In this document: positions 47,360 to 57,029 of the stretch, in pieces | Layout: each line of letters begins with the position of its first letter | Numbering within the stretch: position 1 is the first letter of the stretch | Assembly (NCBI GenBank): GCA_965249055.1 | Contig: CBDFKX010000002.1 | Location: 3,212,134 to 3,276,133 of the forward strand | Direction of reading: 5' to 3' | Source: Candidatus Aldehydirespiratoraceae bacterium | Lineage (GTDB): Bacteria; Actinomycetota; Acidimicrobiia; Acidimicrobiales; Aldehydirespiratoraceae | DNA length: 64,000 nt | Program-made: the position numbers and the translations under genes | Notes under the pieces: model-generated | The model's database searches: none | What the model saw: the letters and a program-made list of their open reading frames with translations, nothing else | What the model was told of the DNA's origin: nothing

Positions 47360-49786
47360 GTGATTTCAAAGGAGTTGAACAAGACGCGCATCGCCATTAC
47401 CGGCGCAACCGGCTTTTTGGGCACCGCGCTTGTCGAACGATTCCTTCGCGCGGTCCCTGAAAGCGAACTGGTTCTGGTAGTGCGACCCGGACGCCGGGGA
47501 GCACAGAACCGGGTGGATCGAGACATCTTCCGCAACGACGCCTTCGAGCGGATTCGACACACCTTCGACGATGAGAGCGACGAGACCTTTGAGGAGATGT
47601 GCAAACGCCGAGTCTTTGCTGTGGCAGGCGATGTTGGTGTCGACGGGTTGGGTCTTGACCCCGAAGGCCTTCGGTTGCTCTCCACCTGCGACATCGTCAT
47701 TCACTCCGCTGCCACAGTCAGTTTCGACTCAGCTCTTGATGATGCGGTTGAGATCAACCTGCTCGGGCCAATGAGAGTCGCCGCGGCCATACGCCAAGCG
47801 GCGGCCGTACGCGAAGAACCCACTCGAGGGGGACTCGCTAACGGCGAACCGGCACATCTGATCGCGGTGTCCACCTGTTATGTAGCAGGCAGTCGCCGCG
47901 GTAGCGCTCCCGAAGAACTCCTTGATGAGTCGCCATTCTTCGTGGATGTGGCTTGGCAGACTGAAGTCGAAAGCGCCCGGCGCGCCCGAATCGATGCCGA
48001 ACAGGCAAGTCGCACGCCCGATCGCCTCAGCGAACTGGCAAAACAGGCTCGCAGAAGTCTTGGTGCTGCCGGTGGCCCAGCCCTCACCGACAAGGTCGAA
48101 CAACTCCGCCAAAAGTGGGTCGGACAACAGTTGACGAACGCGGGCCGATCGCGGGCTGGCAGCCTGGGCTTTCCGGATGCCTACGCATTCACCAAGGCTC
48201 TTGGAGAGCGCGCCCTCGTCGAAACCAGCGAAGGCGTACCGGTGAGCATCGTTCGCCCGTCGATCATCGAGTCGGCGTTCGCGGAACCGTCACCTGGATG
48301 GATTCGGGGCTTCCGTATGGCCGAACCGGTCATCGCCGCTTATGCCCGCGGTCTGCTGAAGGAGTTCCCGGGTATTCCCGAAGGTGTGGTCGACATCATT
48401 CCCGTCGATCTAGTTGTCGCCACGATTCTCGCGGTCGCGGCTCGTGGCCCAGAACGCGACGAAGCGCAGGTGCCCAAACCTGATGTCGTGCAGATCGCCT
48501 CGGGCGCGGCAAACCCGCTGATGTACGGGCAGTTGGTTGACCTGGTTCGTAGCTGGTTCAACGAACACCCGGTCTACGACGAAAGAAATCAGCCGATTTC
48601 GGTTCCCGAATGGTCGTTTCCAGGGCGCGGTCGGGTGGTTCGCCAACTGGGGCGCGCTCGCAAAAGTCTCGATCTGACAGAGCGAGTTCTCCACGTGCTC
48701 CCGCTGAGGGGCAAGCAGGCGGACTTCAGTGCCGAACTAGAGGAGCGCAAAGAGCAGCTTGAGCGGGCCAACGGATACGTCGAGCTTTACGGGGCTTACG
48801 CAGAATGCGAAGCGCTCTATCGGCTTGACCGGATGTATGCGCTTTGGGAATCACTCGACGCAGAAGACCGGCGTGATTTCTGCATGGACCCGCGAGTCAT
48901 TGATTGGCCGATCTATGTTCAGACTGTTCATCTCCCGGCGATGGTGAAACAGGCCCGCCTCAAGATGCAACCTGGCGCCAAGAGCAGCGAGTCGCGGTCC
49001 ACTCGTCTGCGCAAGCAGGTGCTCTCGCCCGAGCGGCAACTAGCCGTATTCGATCTGGAGAACACGCTGATCGCCAGCAACGTCGTGGCAAGTTACGCAT
49101 GGCTGGCCACTCGTCATCTCAATGTCGCCGACCGTATGAGCTTCACCGTGAAGACCTTGCGAGAAGCACCTGCGTTGCTTTCGCTGGACCGTCAGGATCG
49201 CAGCGATTTCCTGCGCTACTTTTACCGGCGTTTCGAGGGAGCTTCCGTTGAACTAATGGCTCGTGACTCGCGCGAGATGCTCAGCGACTTGTTGATCACC
49301 AAGTCGTTCCCCGCTGGTATTCGCAGGGTTCGTCAACATCGCGCTCTGGGCCACAAGACGTTGCTGATCACCGGGGCTTTGGACTTTGTAGTGGAACCGT
49401 TACGTCCTCTGTTTGATCACATGATCGCCGCAGAGATGACCACAACCAATGGTTCTTACGACGGTCAGCTCACCGCCGTTCCCCCGACCGGTGAGGCTCG
49501 CTATCAGACTCTTGTGGATTTTGCTGAGACTCACAATCTCGATCTGAGTCAAGCGGTGGCATATGCCGACAGCAGCTCAGATCTGCCGATGCTTGAAGCT
49601 GTCGGCTTCCCGGTGGCTGTCAACGCCGAAACGAAGCTCGCTTCGATCGCTCGTCGCCGAGGCTGGCTGATTGAGCACTGGACGAAATCCGCAGGTGCCC
49701 CCAATCGTTTGCTTCCCATCGGCCCTCGTGCCAACCGGGGCCCAGCGGCCCATCGACAAAGGGCGGTGACTGCTCATGCCGTCTGA
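47360..49786 (+). CDS. fatty acyl-CoA reductase (male-sterility type) fused to HAD-IB hydrolase
   Basis: TGATGFLG, YAFTK, RPSIIES, IPVD; C-terminal FDLENTL, ITGA, YADSSSD. Confidence 0.85.
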   Translation: MISKELNKTRIAITGATGFLGTALVERFLRAVPESELVLVVRPGRRGAQNRVDRDIFRNDAFERIRHTFDDESDETFEEMCKRRVFAVAGDVGVDGLGLDPEGLRLLSTCDIVIHSAATVSFDSALDDAVEINLLGPMRVAAAIRQAAAVREEPTRGGLANGEPAHLIAVSTCYVAGSRRGSAPEELLDESPFFVDVAWQTEVESARRARIDAEQASRTPDRLSELAKQARRSLGAAGGPALTDKVEQLRQKWVGQQLTNAGRSRAGSLGFPDAYAFTKALGERALVETSEGVPVSIVRPSIIESAFAEPSPGWIRGFRMAEPVIAAYARGLLKEFPGIPEGVVDIIPVDLVVATILAVAARGPERDEAQVPKPDVVQIASGAANPLMYGQLVDLVRSWFNEHPVYDERNQPISVPEWSFPGRGRVVRQLGRARKSLDLTERVLHVLPLRGKQADFSAELEERKEQLERANGYVELYGAYAECEALYRLDRMYALWESLDAEDRRDFCMDPRVIDWPIYVQTVHLPAMVKQARLKMQPGAKSSESRSTRLRKQVLSPERQLAVFDLENTLIASNVVASYAWLATRHLNVADRMSFTVKTLREAPALLSLDRQDRSDFLRYFYRRFEGASVELMARDSREMLSDLLITKSFPAGIRRVRQHRALGHKTLLITGALDFVVEPLRPLFDHMIAAEMTTTNGSYDGQLTAVPPTGEARYQTLVDFAETHNLDLSQAVAYADSSSDLPMLEAVGFPVAVNAETKLASIARRRGWLIEHWTKSAGAPNRLLPIGPRANRGPAAHRQRAVTAHAV

Positions 49787-51392
49787 TCCTCGCCGCAAAG
49801 CGCCTCGGCCAGGCTTCGTGCTTGACGTCGACAAGTCAACTCCCCCGATCCTGTTCCACCACGGCGAACAATTCCGGTTGGAAAAGCTGCCGGCAGACCG
49901 CAGTCGGGTGATATATCCAGCCGAACCGTTGCCCGGTCTTGATGACCCCGACGAGGCGATCCGTCAAGCCCTGCTCAACCCGCTGGATGAGGATCCGTTA
50001 CCGGCGCTGCTGTGGCCGGGCATGAAGTTGACGATTGCTTTTGATGATCTGTCGTTGCCGCTTCCTTCGATGCGCCAGCCCGACATCCGACAGCGGATCA
50101 TTGAGCAGGTTCTCGACATGGCAGCCGCGGCATCCGTCGACGATGTCCACTTGATCGCCGCTTTGGCTTTGCATCGCCGTATGACCGAAGCCGAGTTCCG
50201 TCACGCTCTCGGTGATCGCATCTACGACGCTTTCGCGCCCCACGAAACTCTCTACAACCATGACGCCGAAGATCCCGACGGCATGGTCGAGTTGGGCCTG
50301 ACCCGCCACGACGAGCAAGTGACCATGAACCGCCGAGCAGCCGAATCGGATCTGCTGATTTACGTCAACTTGAACATCGTCTCGATGGACGGCGGTTGGA
50401 AGTCAACAGCCACCGGACTATCGGACTACGCGGGTGTGCGCCATCACCACAATGTGGCGACGATGCAGAACTCGAAGAGTTTCATGGATCGCCACTCCTC
50501 GGAACTGCATCACTCAAACTGGCGCCAAGGCGAAGTGATCAAGGCTCATGGGCCCCGGATCTTCCAGATCGAGACAACCATCAACAACAACACTTTCGGC
50601 TACGACGGCCCCCTGTCGGTCTTGCAGAAACGCGAATGGGAGTGGTCGGCTCGCGACCGGGCGACCTTCATTGGTATGAAAAATGCCCTTGAAGTAATGC
50701 CCGCGGCCGCCCGGCGCAAGATTTTCCAGGCATGGGAGGCGCCCTATGAACTCACATCAGTGCAGGCTGGTGAGGTAGACGCCGTCCATCAGCAGACCCT
50801 GGAGAACGTCTTCGCGCAACACCTCGTGCCCGTTGAAGGGCAAACCGATGTGTTGACCTTCGGTCTCCCCTACATCTGTCCCTACAACGTCAACTCGGTG
50901 ATGAACCCGATCTTGGTCATGTGTCTCGGGCTCGGCTACTTCTTCAATCTGTACCGCGGCAAGCCTTTGGTGCGCGAAGGCGGTGTGGTGATTATGAGCC
51001 ATCCCACACCGTGGGAGTTCCATCCGGTCCATCACCCGAGTTACATCGATTTCTTTGAGCAGGTGCTGTCCGACACCACTGATCCGGCGGAGATCGAAAA
51101 ACGCTACGAGGAACAGTTCGCCTACGACGAGTGGTACATCCACCTGTATCGCAACAGCTACGCATACCACGGAGTTCACCCGTTTTATATGTGGTACTGG
51201 GGTGCCCATGCTTTGCAATGGCTCGGCCGGGTCATTGTTGTCGGCGGTGATCCGCGGTCGGTCCGCCGCCTCGGCTTTCAGCCAGCTTCGACCATGCAAG
51301 ACGCGCTGGAGATGGCCAGCGATGTGGTCGGCCCGCATCCATCGGTCACCCATTTGCACAACCCGCCGATTCTTATGGCAGACGTGACATGA
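49776..51392 (+). CDS. LarA-like (lactate racemase/DUF2088 domain) protein
   Basis: AL..P, FDDLSLP, ALALHRRMT, NHDA, GGWKS, REGGVVI. Confidence 0.75.
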   Translation: MPSDPRRKAPRPGFVLDVDKSTPPILFHHGEQFRLEKLPADRSRVIYPAEPLPGLDDPDEAIRQALLNPLDEDPLPALLWPGMKLTIAFDDLSLPLPSMRQPDIRQRIIEQVLDMAAAASVDDVHLIAALALHRRMTEAEFRHALGDRIYDAFAPHETLYNHDAEDPDGMVELGLTRHDEQVTMNRRAAESDLLIYVNLNIVSMDGGWKSTATGLSDYAGVRHHHNVATMQNSKSFMDRHSSELHHSNWRQGEVIKAHGPRIFQIETTINNNTFGYDGPLSVLQKREWEWSARDRATFIGMKNALEVMPAAARRKIFQAWEAPYELTSVQAGEVDAVHQQTLENVFAQHLVPVEGQTDVLTFGLPYICPYNVNSVMNPILVMCLGLGYFFNLYRGKPLVREGGVVIMSHPTPWEFHPVHHPSYIDFFEQVLSDTTDPAEIEKRYEEQFAYDEWYIHLYRNSYAYHGVHPFYMWYWGAHALQWLGRVIVVGGDPRSVRRLGFQPASTMQDALEMASDVVGPHPSVTHLHNPPILMADVT

Positions 51393-52342
51393 GCCGCCTA
51401 GCCAGGCAACTCAACCTGCCCCCTGTACCGAGCGGACTTTCAGCGATTCGCCGTTATCGGGCCCTCGGGTTTCCCTACCGGGCGCCGTCAACGCCTCGAG
51501 GCGTCGCTCCTGCTCCCAAGATCATCAACCGTGGTGCCGACTATGACGCTACCTGGGCTCGCAAGTACCCGGCTCGGTTGGCGAGGGCCGCGATCGTGGA
51601 AGGCCCGATGCGACTGGCCGTCTCTGGACTGGCAGCACCGGACCGTCGAGGACAGGACCGCTTGGCGTCGCTACGAGGCCCGGCCATCTTTGCCGCGAAC
51701 CATCACAGCCACCTCGACACGCCGTTGCTGTTGACGTCGATTCCCGAACCGTGGCGTCACCAGATCCTGGTGGGCGCCGCGGCCGACTACTTTTTTGGGA
51801 CGCGTTTGACTTCAGCGTTGTCTTCGTTGGTGATCGGCGCGATTCCGATCGAGCGCAGCCGGGTCAGCCGTCGTTCCGCAGATCAGGCGGCCGATCTGGT
51901 TGCACAAGGTTGGAGCCTGCTGCTGTTTCCCGAGGGCGGACGCAGTCCCGACGGTTGGGGTCAGCCGTTTCGGGGCGGAGCCGCATATTTGGCGCAAAAG
52001 TCTGGGAAACCTATTGTGCCGATCCACATTGAGGGCACTGGGCGAATACTGCGGAAAGGCAAATCGCTGCCCCGTCCCTCAACCACATCGGTCACTTTCG
52101 GCAGGCCGTTGCGGCCAAACCAAGACGAGAACACCGTTCGCTTCGCGGCCCGTATTGAGGCCGAGGTGTCAGCACTTGCCGATGAGGCTTCCTCGGATTG
52201 GTACCGAGCCCGCATCAGAGCCCACGCGGGCACCACGCCCGGACTTACCGGTCCCTCAACAGGAGCTTGGCGCAGGGCTTGGGCTCTTGGCGATCGCTCG
52301 CGTCGGGCGCGCCAACGAACTCGCCGCTGGCCCAATCTCTGA
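51389..52342 (+). CDS. PlsC-family acyltransferase
   Basis: NHHSHLD, FPEGGRS. Confidence 0.88.
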   Translation: MSRLARQLNLPPVPSGLSAIRRYRALGFPYRAPSTPRGVAPAPKIINRGADYDATWARKYPARLARAAIVEGPMRLAVSGLAAPDRRGQDRLASLRGPAIFAANHHSHLDTPLLLTSIPEPWRHQILVGAAADYFFGTRLTSALSSLVIGAIPIERSRVSRRSADQAADLVAQGWSLLLFPEGGRSPDGWGQPFRGGAAYLAQKSGKPIVPIHIEGTGRILRKGKSLPRPSTTSVTFGRPLRPNQDENTVRFAARIEAEVSALADEASSDWYRARIRAHAGTTPGLTGPSTGAWRRAWALGDRSRRARQRTRRWPNL

Positions 52343-52390
52343 GCGCGCCCGAACTTCTAGGGCGACCACCTCAGACGTTAGGCTCTTGTG

Positions 52391-53266
52391 ATGCGCTTCT
52401 CGTACGCGGAATCCATGATTGACCCAACAATGTATGCACCACTCGTGCAGGCGGCAGATGCTGCAGGATTCGACAATTTCGTCGTTCCCGACTCGATTTG
52501 TTACCCCCTCGACGCCGACACGAAGTACCCATACAACGCCGATGGCAGCCGCGAGTTTCTCGAGGGCAAACCGTTCATTGAGCCCTTCTCTTTGATCCCC
52601 GCTCTAGCAGCCATCACCGAACGCATCCGTTTCACCACGTTCGTCGTGAAACTTCCGATCCGTCACCCAGTGCTGGTAGCCAAGCAGGTCACGTCGGTGG
52701 GCGTGATTACCAACGGGCGTTTCCGGTTCGGCGTTGGCACCAGTCCCTGGCGCGAGGACTATGACGTGACCGGCGTGGGTTGGGCGCGGCGTGGCGCACG
52801 CATGGACGAGTGCATCGAGATCATCAACGGACTCCAAACCGGGGATTTCTTCGGTTACTCCGGCGAGTTTTACGAGGTTCCTGATGTTCAACTCTGTCCG
52901 GTTCCCGAACAGAGAGTTCCGATCTTGGTTGGCGGACATTCCGCAATGGCTCTTGAACGTGCTGGGCGGTTGGGAGACGGTTGGATCCACGCCGGAGGAG
53001 ACCCCGGCGAACTAGCGCGCATGATGTCGGTGGTTGAGGAGTCCCGCCAACGCCACGGTCGGGCCGATCTGCCCTTTGATGTCCTCGCCATCAGTGTCGA
53101 CGCCTACTCCCCCGAGGGTATAGAGCGTCTCGAAACCGCTGGTGTCACCGATGTGATCGTCGGTTTCCGCGACGCCTATTCGCCCGGACCCGACACCCAA
53201 TCCCTTGACGAAAAGCTCGGCGCACTGCAGTGGTACGCTGATGAGATCCTCGCCAAAGTCCGTTAG
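52391..53266 (+). CDS. LLM-class, probably F420-dependent oxidoreductase
   Basis: VPDS, RHPVLVAKQ, GRFRFGVG, PILVGG, RAGRLGDGW. Confidence 0.85.
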   Translation: MRFSYAESMIDPTMYAPLVQAADAAGFDNFVVPDSICYPLDADTKYPYNADGSREFLEGKPFIEPFSLIPALAAITERIRFTTFVVKLPIRHPVLVAKQVTSVGVITNGRFRFGVGTSPWREDYDVTGVGWARRGARMDECIEIINGLQTGDFFGYSGEFYEVPDVQLCPVPEQRVPILVGGHSAMALERAGRLGDGWIHAGGDPGELARMMSVVEESRQRHGRADLPFDVLAISVDAYSPEGIERLETAGVTDVIVGFRDAYSPGPDTQSLDEKLGALQWYADEILAKVR

Positions 53267-53361
53267 CACCACCTGCTTTTCTGCCCAACTACTCGACAAA
53301 TTGGAGCGAACCAAACCCGCCGGTCGGGTGTCGTTGAGTAGCGATTGAGAAAATTGCCGCC

Positions 53362-54703
53362 ATGTCAAACCAAGACCCGTCAGATCCGGAAGCAGCATCA
53401 GGCGAGTCAGAGGTCGGCAAGTTCGACGATTTCCACCCCATCGAAACCGAGGAGCCTGTCGGAACGGGCCGCCGAATCGTGGTTGGTATCGCCGCTTCAA
53501 TCACCCTGCTGGTAGGCGCTCTAGTCGTTTATAACGCGTTCGGTACCGACGAGCCCGGTACCGACGCCTCCGGTACCGGCGAGTCAGTTGATCCGACACT
53601 CATGTGGACCGAATACACGCCCAGTTGGACTGCCGCATACACCCCAAGTGGGACTGTCACCGACCAGCCTTATGTGTATTCAGTCGAGACGGTCGGTGAC
53701 GGTCGGGTACTCGCCCGTGCCTTCACCGATACCGGGACCATAATCATGATCTCTGAGAACGGCACGGACTGGACCCAAGCGGCCGTCCCGCACGGGATTT
53801 CTCCCGATTTCATTGACGTATCGGGTGATCGCTGGTTGATCGCGGGTCACGACGCAACCGGGTTTGGTCCCGCCGATCGAGCCTTCTATTCCGACAGCGG
53901 AGGTGAAGACTGGACCGAGTTGGCTTTGGACGAGGGTCCTGGAGACCAATCCTCAATAATCCTCTCGTTGGCGTCGGGTCAGAACATGGTGATTGTGTTC
54001 AAGATCAGCGATGACGCGCAGAACCCAGAAGAACCCCCGCCTGATGGGCAGCTCATGGTGTACACAAGCGATGGTGACACAACAACGAGGACCGGCGAGT
54101 ACGTGAGCGGCTACACCACGGGCTCCAGCAACGCCGAGGGCTTCCACATCGTCACTAACACCCCAGAAGAGCAGTTACTCCGCAAGCTCGGCCGACGGTT
54201 TCGCGTGGAGCGAGACTTCCACCTTGGACACAGTGTTCCCGGCCTCCGGATCCACCGGATTGCGATGGTTGAGCCATACCGACACCTGGTTCATCGAGGC
54301 GTACTCCGACGAGACCCGGGTGAAGTCCTTGGACCAGATCGGAGACCCGGAATCGGTCACCGCAACGATTCGTCCTGTGTCGCACCTGTTCTCCCTTGAT
54401 GTCGGACCCGCAGGTATGGTCGCGACAGCGGTGTCGAATTCGTCGCCGCGGGAGTTGCTCCTCGGCTGGTCGAGAGACGGGCGCAACTGGGAATGGTGGG
54501 ATCCATCTATGGCTTTCGGAGTCGACGGAGGTCCGGCAGGTTTGGGCTTTGCTGCCAGTGAGAACAGGCTGCGTGCTCCCGCGGTCGACTTCGCGATCGG
54601 CACCGACTTCGTGCTGGCGAGAGTGTCTGAGTTCGACACCGCGGTCGACACGGAGCACCCCCAGATCCGATCAATCAAGTGGTTCAAAGCAACTGTGGAA
54701 TAA
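53362..54703 (+). pseudogene. chimeric paralog of the anti-sigma-like protein, frameshifted near 54181
   Basis: Colinear with 55298..56854 (VVGIAASITLL, TTGSSNAEGF, SLDVGPAGMVA, WFKATV); extra C splits it into ORFs 53362 and 54224. Confidence 0.7.
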
Positions 54704-54748
54704 CCGACTCTCAATCTCAACAGGCTCCACAAGACGGACGAATTGGAG

Positions 54749-54774
54749 GGAACCAAACCAGTCGGTCGGGCGTC
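54749..54774 (+). promoter_or_regulatory. ECF (SigE-type) promoter; degenerate copy near 53308
   Basis: GGAAC, with AAC-N17-CGTC, 11 nt upstream of sigma ATG; copy GAAC, with AAC-N17-TGTC, upstream of paralog. Confidence 0.5.
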
Positions 54775-54785
54775 GTTGGGGTGTA

Positions 54786-55301
54786 ATGGAGACAGTTGCT
54801 GCTATGTCAAACAATGGCCCAACAATTTCGGTCGAGTCGGTCGACGGGTTTGTGGTCGGCAAGTTCGACGATCTCTACCGGACCGAATATGTGCCGATGG
54901 TCAAGCTTGCCCGAGGACTGGTGGACTCATCTGAGCGAGCCGAAGAAATCGTGCAGGACGCCTTCGCCAAGGTCTTCGAGCGTTGGAACCGTCTCAATGA
55001 GTCCGGCGGTTATTTGCGCGTCAGCGTGATCAACGGCTCTCGCAGCGAACTCCGCAGACGTGAAGTAAGCCGAAGATTCGGGTTGACGCGACGTGCTGAA
55101 GCCACCGCCCCCACCGAACAGGACTATCTGATCGACGCCCTCGATCAACTTCCCGTAAAACAAAAAACCGTCCTAGTGCTGCGTTTTTTTGCCGATATGT
55201 CGGAAAAAGAGATCGCCGACACTTTGAGCATTCGCCCGGGAACCGTAAAGAGCACGACATCACGGGGGCTGGCAAGACTGAGAAAGGCCCTTGAACAATG
55301 A
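54786..55301 (+). CDS. ECF sigma factor, actinobacterial SigE family
   Basis: AEEIVQDAF, LP..QKTVLVLRF..SEKEIA..GTVKS..SRGLARLR. Confidence 0.9.
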   Translation: METVAAMSNNGPTISVESVDGFVVGKFDDLYRTEYVPMVKLARGLVDSSERAEEIVQDAFAKVFERWNRLNESGGYLRVSVINGSRSELRRREVSRRFGLTRRAEATAPTEQDYLIDALDQLPVKQKTVLVLRFFADMSEKEIADTLSIRPGTVKSTTSRGLARLRKALEQ

Positions 55302-56854
55302 ACAGTAAACCGACCACCACGCAGGAACTAGCCGATGCCGACGAGGCGCTCGGTTCTGCGATCGGCGCCGCGATCAATGCTCGGGTCAACACACCTGTCG
55401 CACCGCCACCCGTATCGCTGATTGCCAAGCGAGCTGAAAAGCAGGCCCGCGCCCGAGCCGTTCAGCGAACGGTCGTAGGCATAGCTGCCTCGATCACGCT
55501 GTTGGCTGGCGGAGTTGCCGCATACAACGCGTTCGGGAGCGACAACGGCACCTCAACCGTCGCGACGGAACCCACCGTTACTGCCGACACCACCGTTCCC
55601 ACCACCGACCCACCCACGACCGATGTTGCCGACGAAGTCCCGTCCACTTCGGCGCTGACGTGGACCGAGGACGACCCGAGCGAGTTGTTCGGCGGCGAGC
55701 TCCTTGATGTCTACGAAGCCGAGACAGCGGGCAACGGACACGTTTTTGCCCGTGCCTGGAGCGATGCTGGTTCTCAGATCATCGTCTCCGAAGTCGTTGG
55801 CGACTGGACCCGGGTTGACATCCCGACCGGCGTATCACCCGACCATGTCGACATATCAGGTGATCGCTGGTTGCTCGCAGGCCAAGACGCAAGCCAGTTT
55901 GATGCCCTCGCTCGGGTCTTCTATTCAGACAACCGGGGCGCGGACTGGACTGAAGTGGCTATCGACCCGGTTCCCGAGGGCCAATCGTCGATAGTGATGG
56001 CTCTTACATCGGGGCAACAAATGGTGATCGTGCTCAAGATCCCCGCTGATCGCACCGCCCGCGATCTCCAAGTCCAAGCGCTGATTGCTGCCGAAGGTCT
56101 CGTGTCTGGCGAAACACCAATCGAAGGCTGGTCCTTGCAAGGCAACACGGTGAGCTTCTGGACAGCTGATTCATCTGACCCCCATAGCTTCGAGATCAGC
56201 GATGAAGAGCGCTCCGCTCTTGATGCAAGCGTGGGCGACGAGCAAATCCGGGTGTACTCAAGCGATGGCGGCACAGCCACTGCGACTGGCCAGTACGTGA
56301 GTTGGCATACGACGGGATCCAGCAACGCTGAGGGCTTCTACATCGCCATTACCACCCCGAATGACGAGTTGCTGCTCACCTCGGTCGATGGAGTCACATG
56401 GACCGAGACCTCCATCGACAACGCGGACGCCTTCGCTTCGGGATTACGAAGCGCAACCCGGGTGGACGAATGGTTCGTTGGTGGCTACGACGGCGAACTC
56501 CGCATCAAGTCTCTCGACCAACTAAATGATCCAGAATCGACCACCGCAACGATGGCGGGTATGAGGCACTTGATTTCTCTAGATGTCGGGCCAGCGGGCA
56601 TGGTCGCCGCGGCCTTCCCAGAAGGTTCCACTGGAACACAACCCGAGCCACTCCTTGGCTGGTCAACTGACGGCAACAACTGGGAATGGCTGACCCCTTC
56701 CGAAGCTTTCGGAATCGACGAAAACCAAGCATCGGTGAACTTCGCCGTCGGGACCGACTTCGTGCTGGCTCATGTGGTGGGATTCGCTGCCATCGCTGAT
56801 TCCGAGACCCTGGAGGCCCAACCACCGAGGTGGTTCAAAGCAACCGTGCAATAA
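55298..56854 (+). CDS. single-TM anti-sigma-like protein with Asp-box/beta-propeller ectodomain
   Basis: ATGA coupling to sigma; TM VVGIAASITLLAGG; Asp-boxes SDNRGADW, SVDGVTW, STDGNNW. Confidence 0.7.
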   Translation: MNSKPTTTQELADADEALGSAIGAAINARVNTPVAPPPVSLIAKRAEKQARARAVQRTVVGIAASITLLAGGVAAYNAFGSDNGTSTVATEPTVTADTTVPTTDPPTTDVADEVPSTSALTWTEDDPSELFGGELLDVYEAETAGNGHVFARAWSDAGSQIIVSEVVGDWTRVDIPTGVSPDHVDISGDRWLLAGQDASQFDALARVFYSDNRGADWTEVAIDPVPEGQSSIVMALTSGQQMVIVLKIPADRTARDLQVQALIAAEGLVSGETPIEGWSLQGNTVSFWTADSSDPHSFEISDEERSALDASVGDEQIRVYSSDGGTATATGQYVSWHTTGSSNAEGFYIAITTPNDELLLTSVDGVTWTETSIDNADAFASGLRSATRVDEWFVGGYDGELRIKSLDQLNDPESTTATMAGMRHLISLDVGPAGMVAAAFPEGSTGTQPEPLLGWSTDGNNWEWLTPSEAFGIDENQASVNFAVGTDFVLAHVVGFAAIADSETLEAQPPRWFKATVQ

Positions 56855-56866
56855 CCGTGCGACAAC

Positions 56867-56988
56867 CAAGTCCCCCAACCCCTGTGGGCGACCGCAAGCG
56901 CTTCCCCCCACGCTCCGGTCGCCCACAGTCGGGGTACAAACGTAGGAACTTCCTTTGAGTGGCGCGTTTGGGGTTTTTGGGGGACTTG
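56867..56988 (+). ncRNA. structured RNA-like element upstream of aconitase (family unassigned)
   Basis: Nested stems: 12 bp 56867-78/56977-88, 13 bp 56882-94/56916-28 with C6 loop, 6 bp 56937-42/56965-70. Confidence 0.45.
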
Positions 56989-57029
56989 TATCGTGGAAGC
57001 AAGAATTCGCTAACAGAACAGGTCTGACC

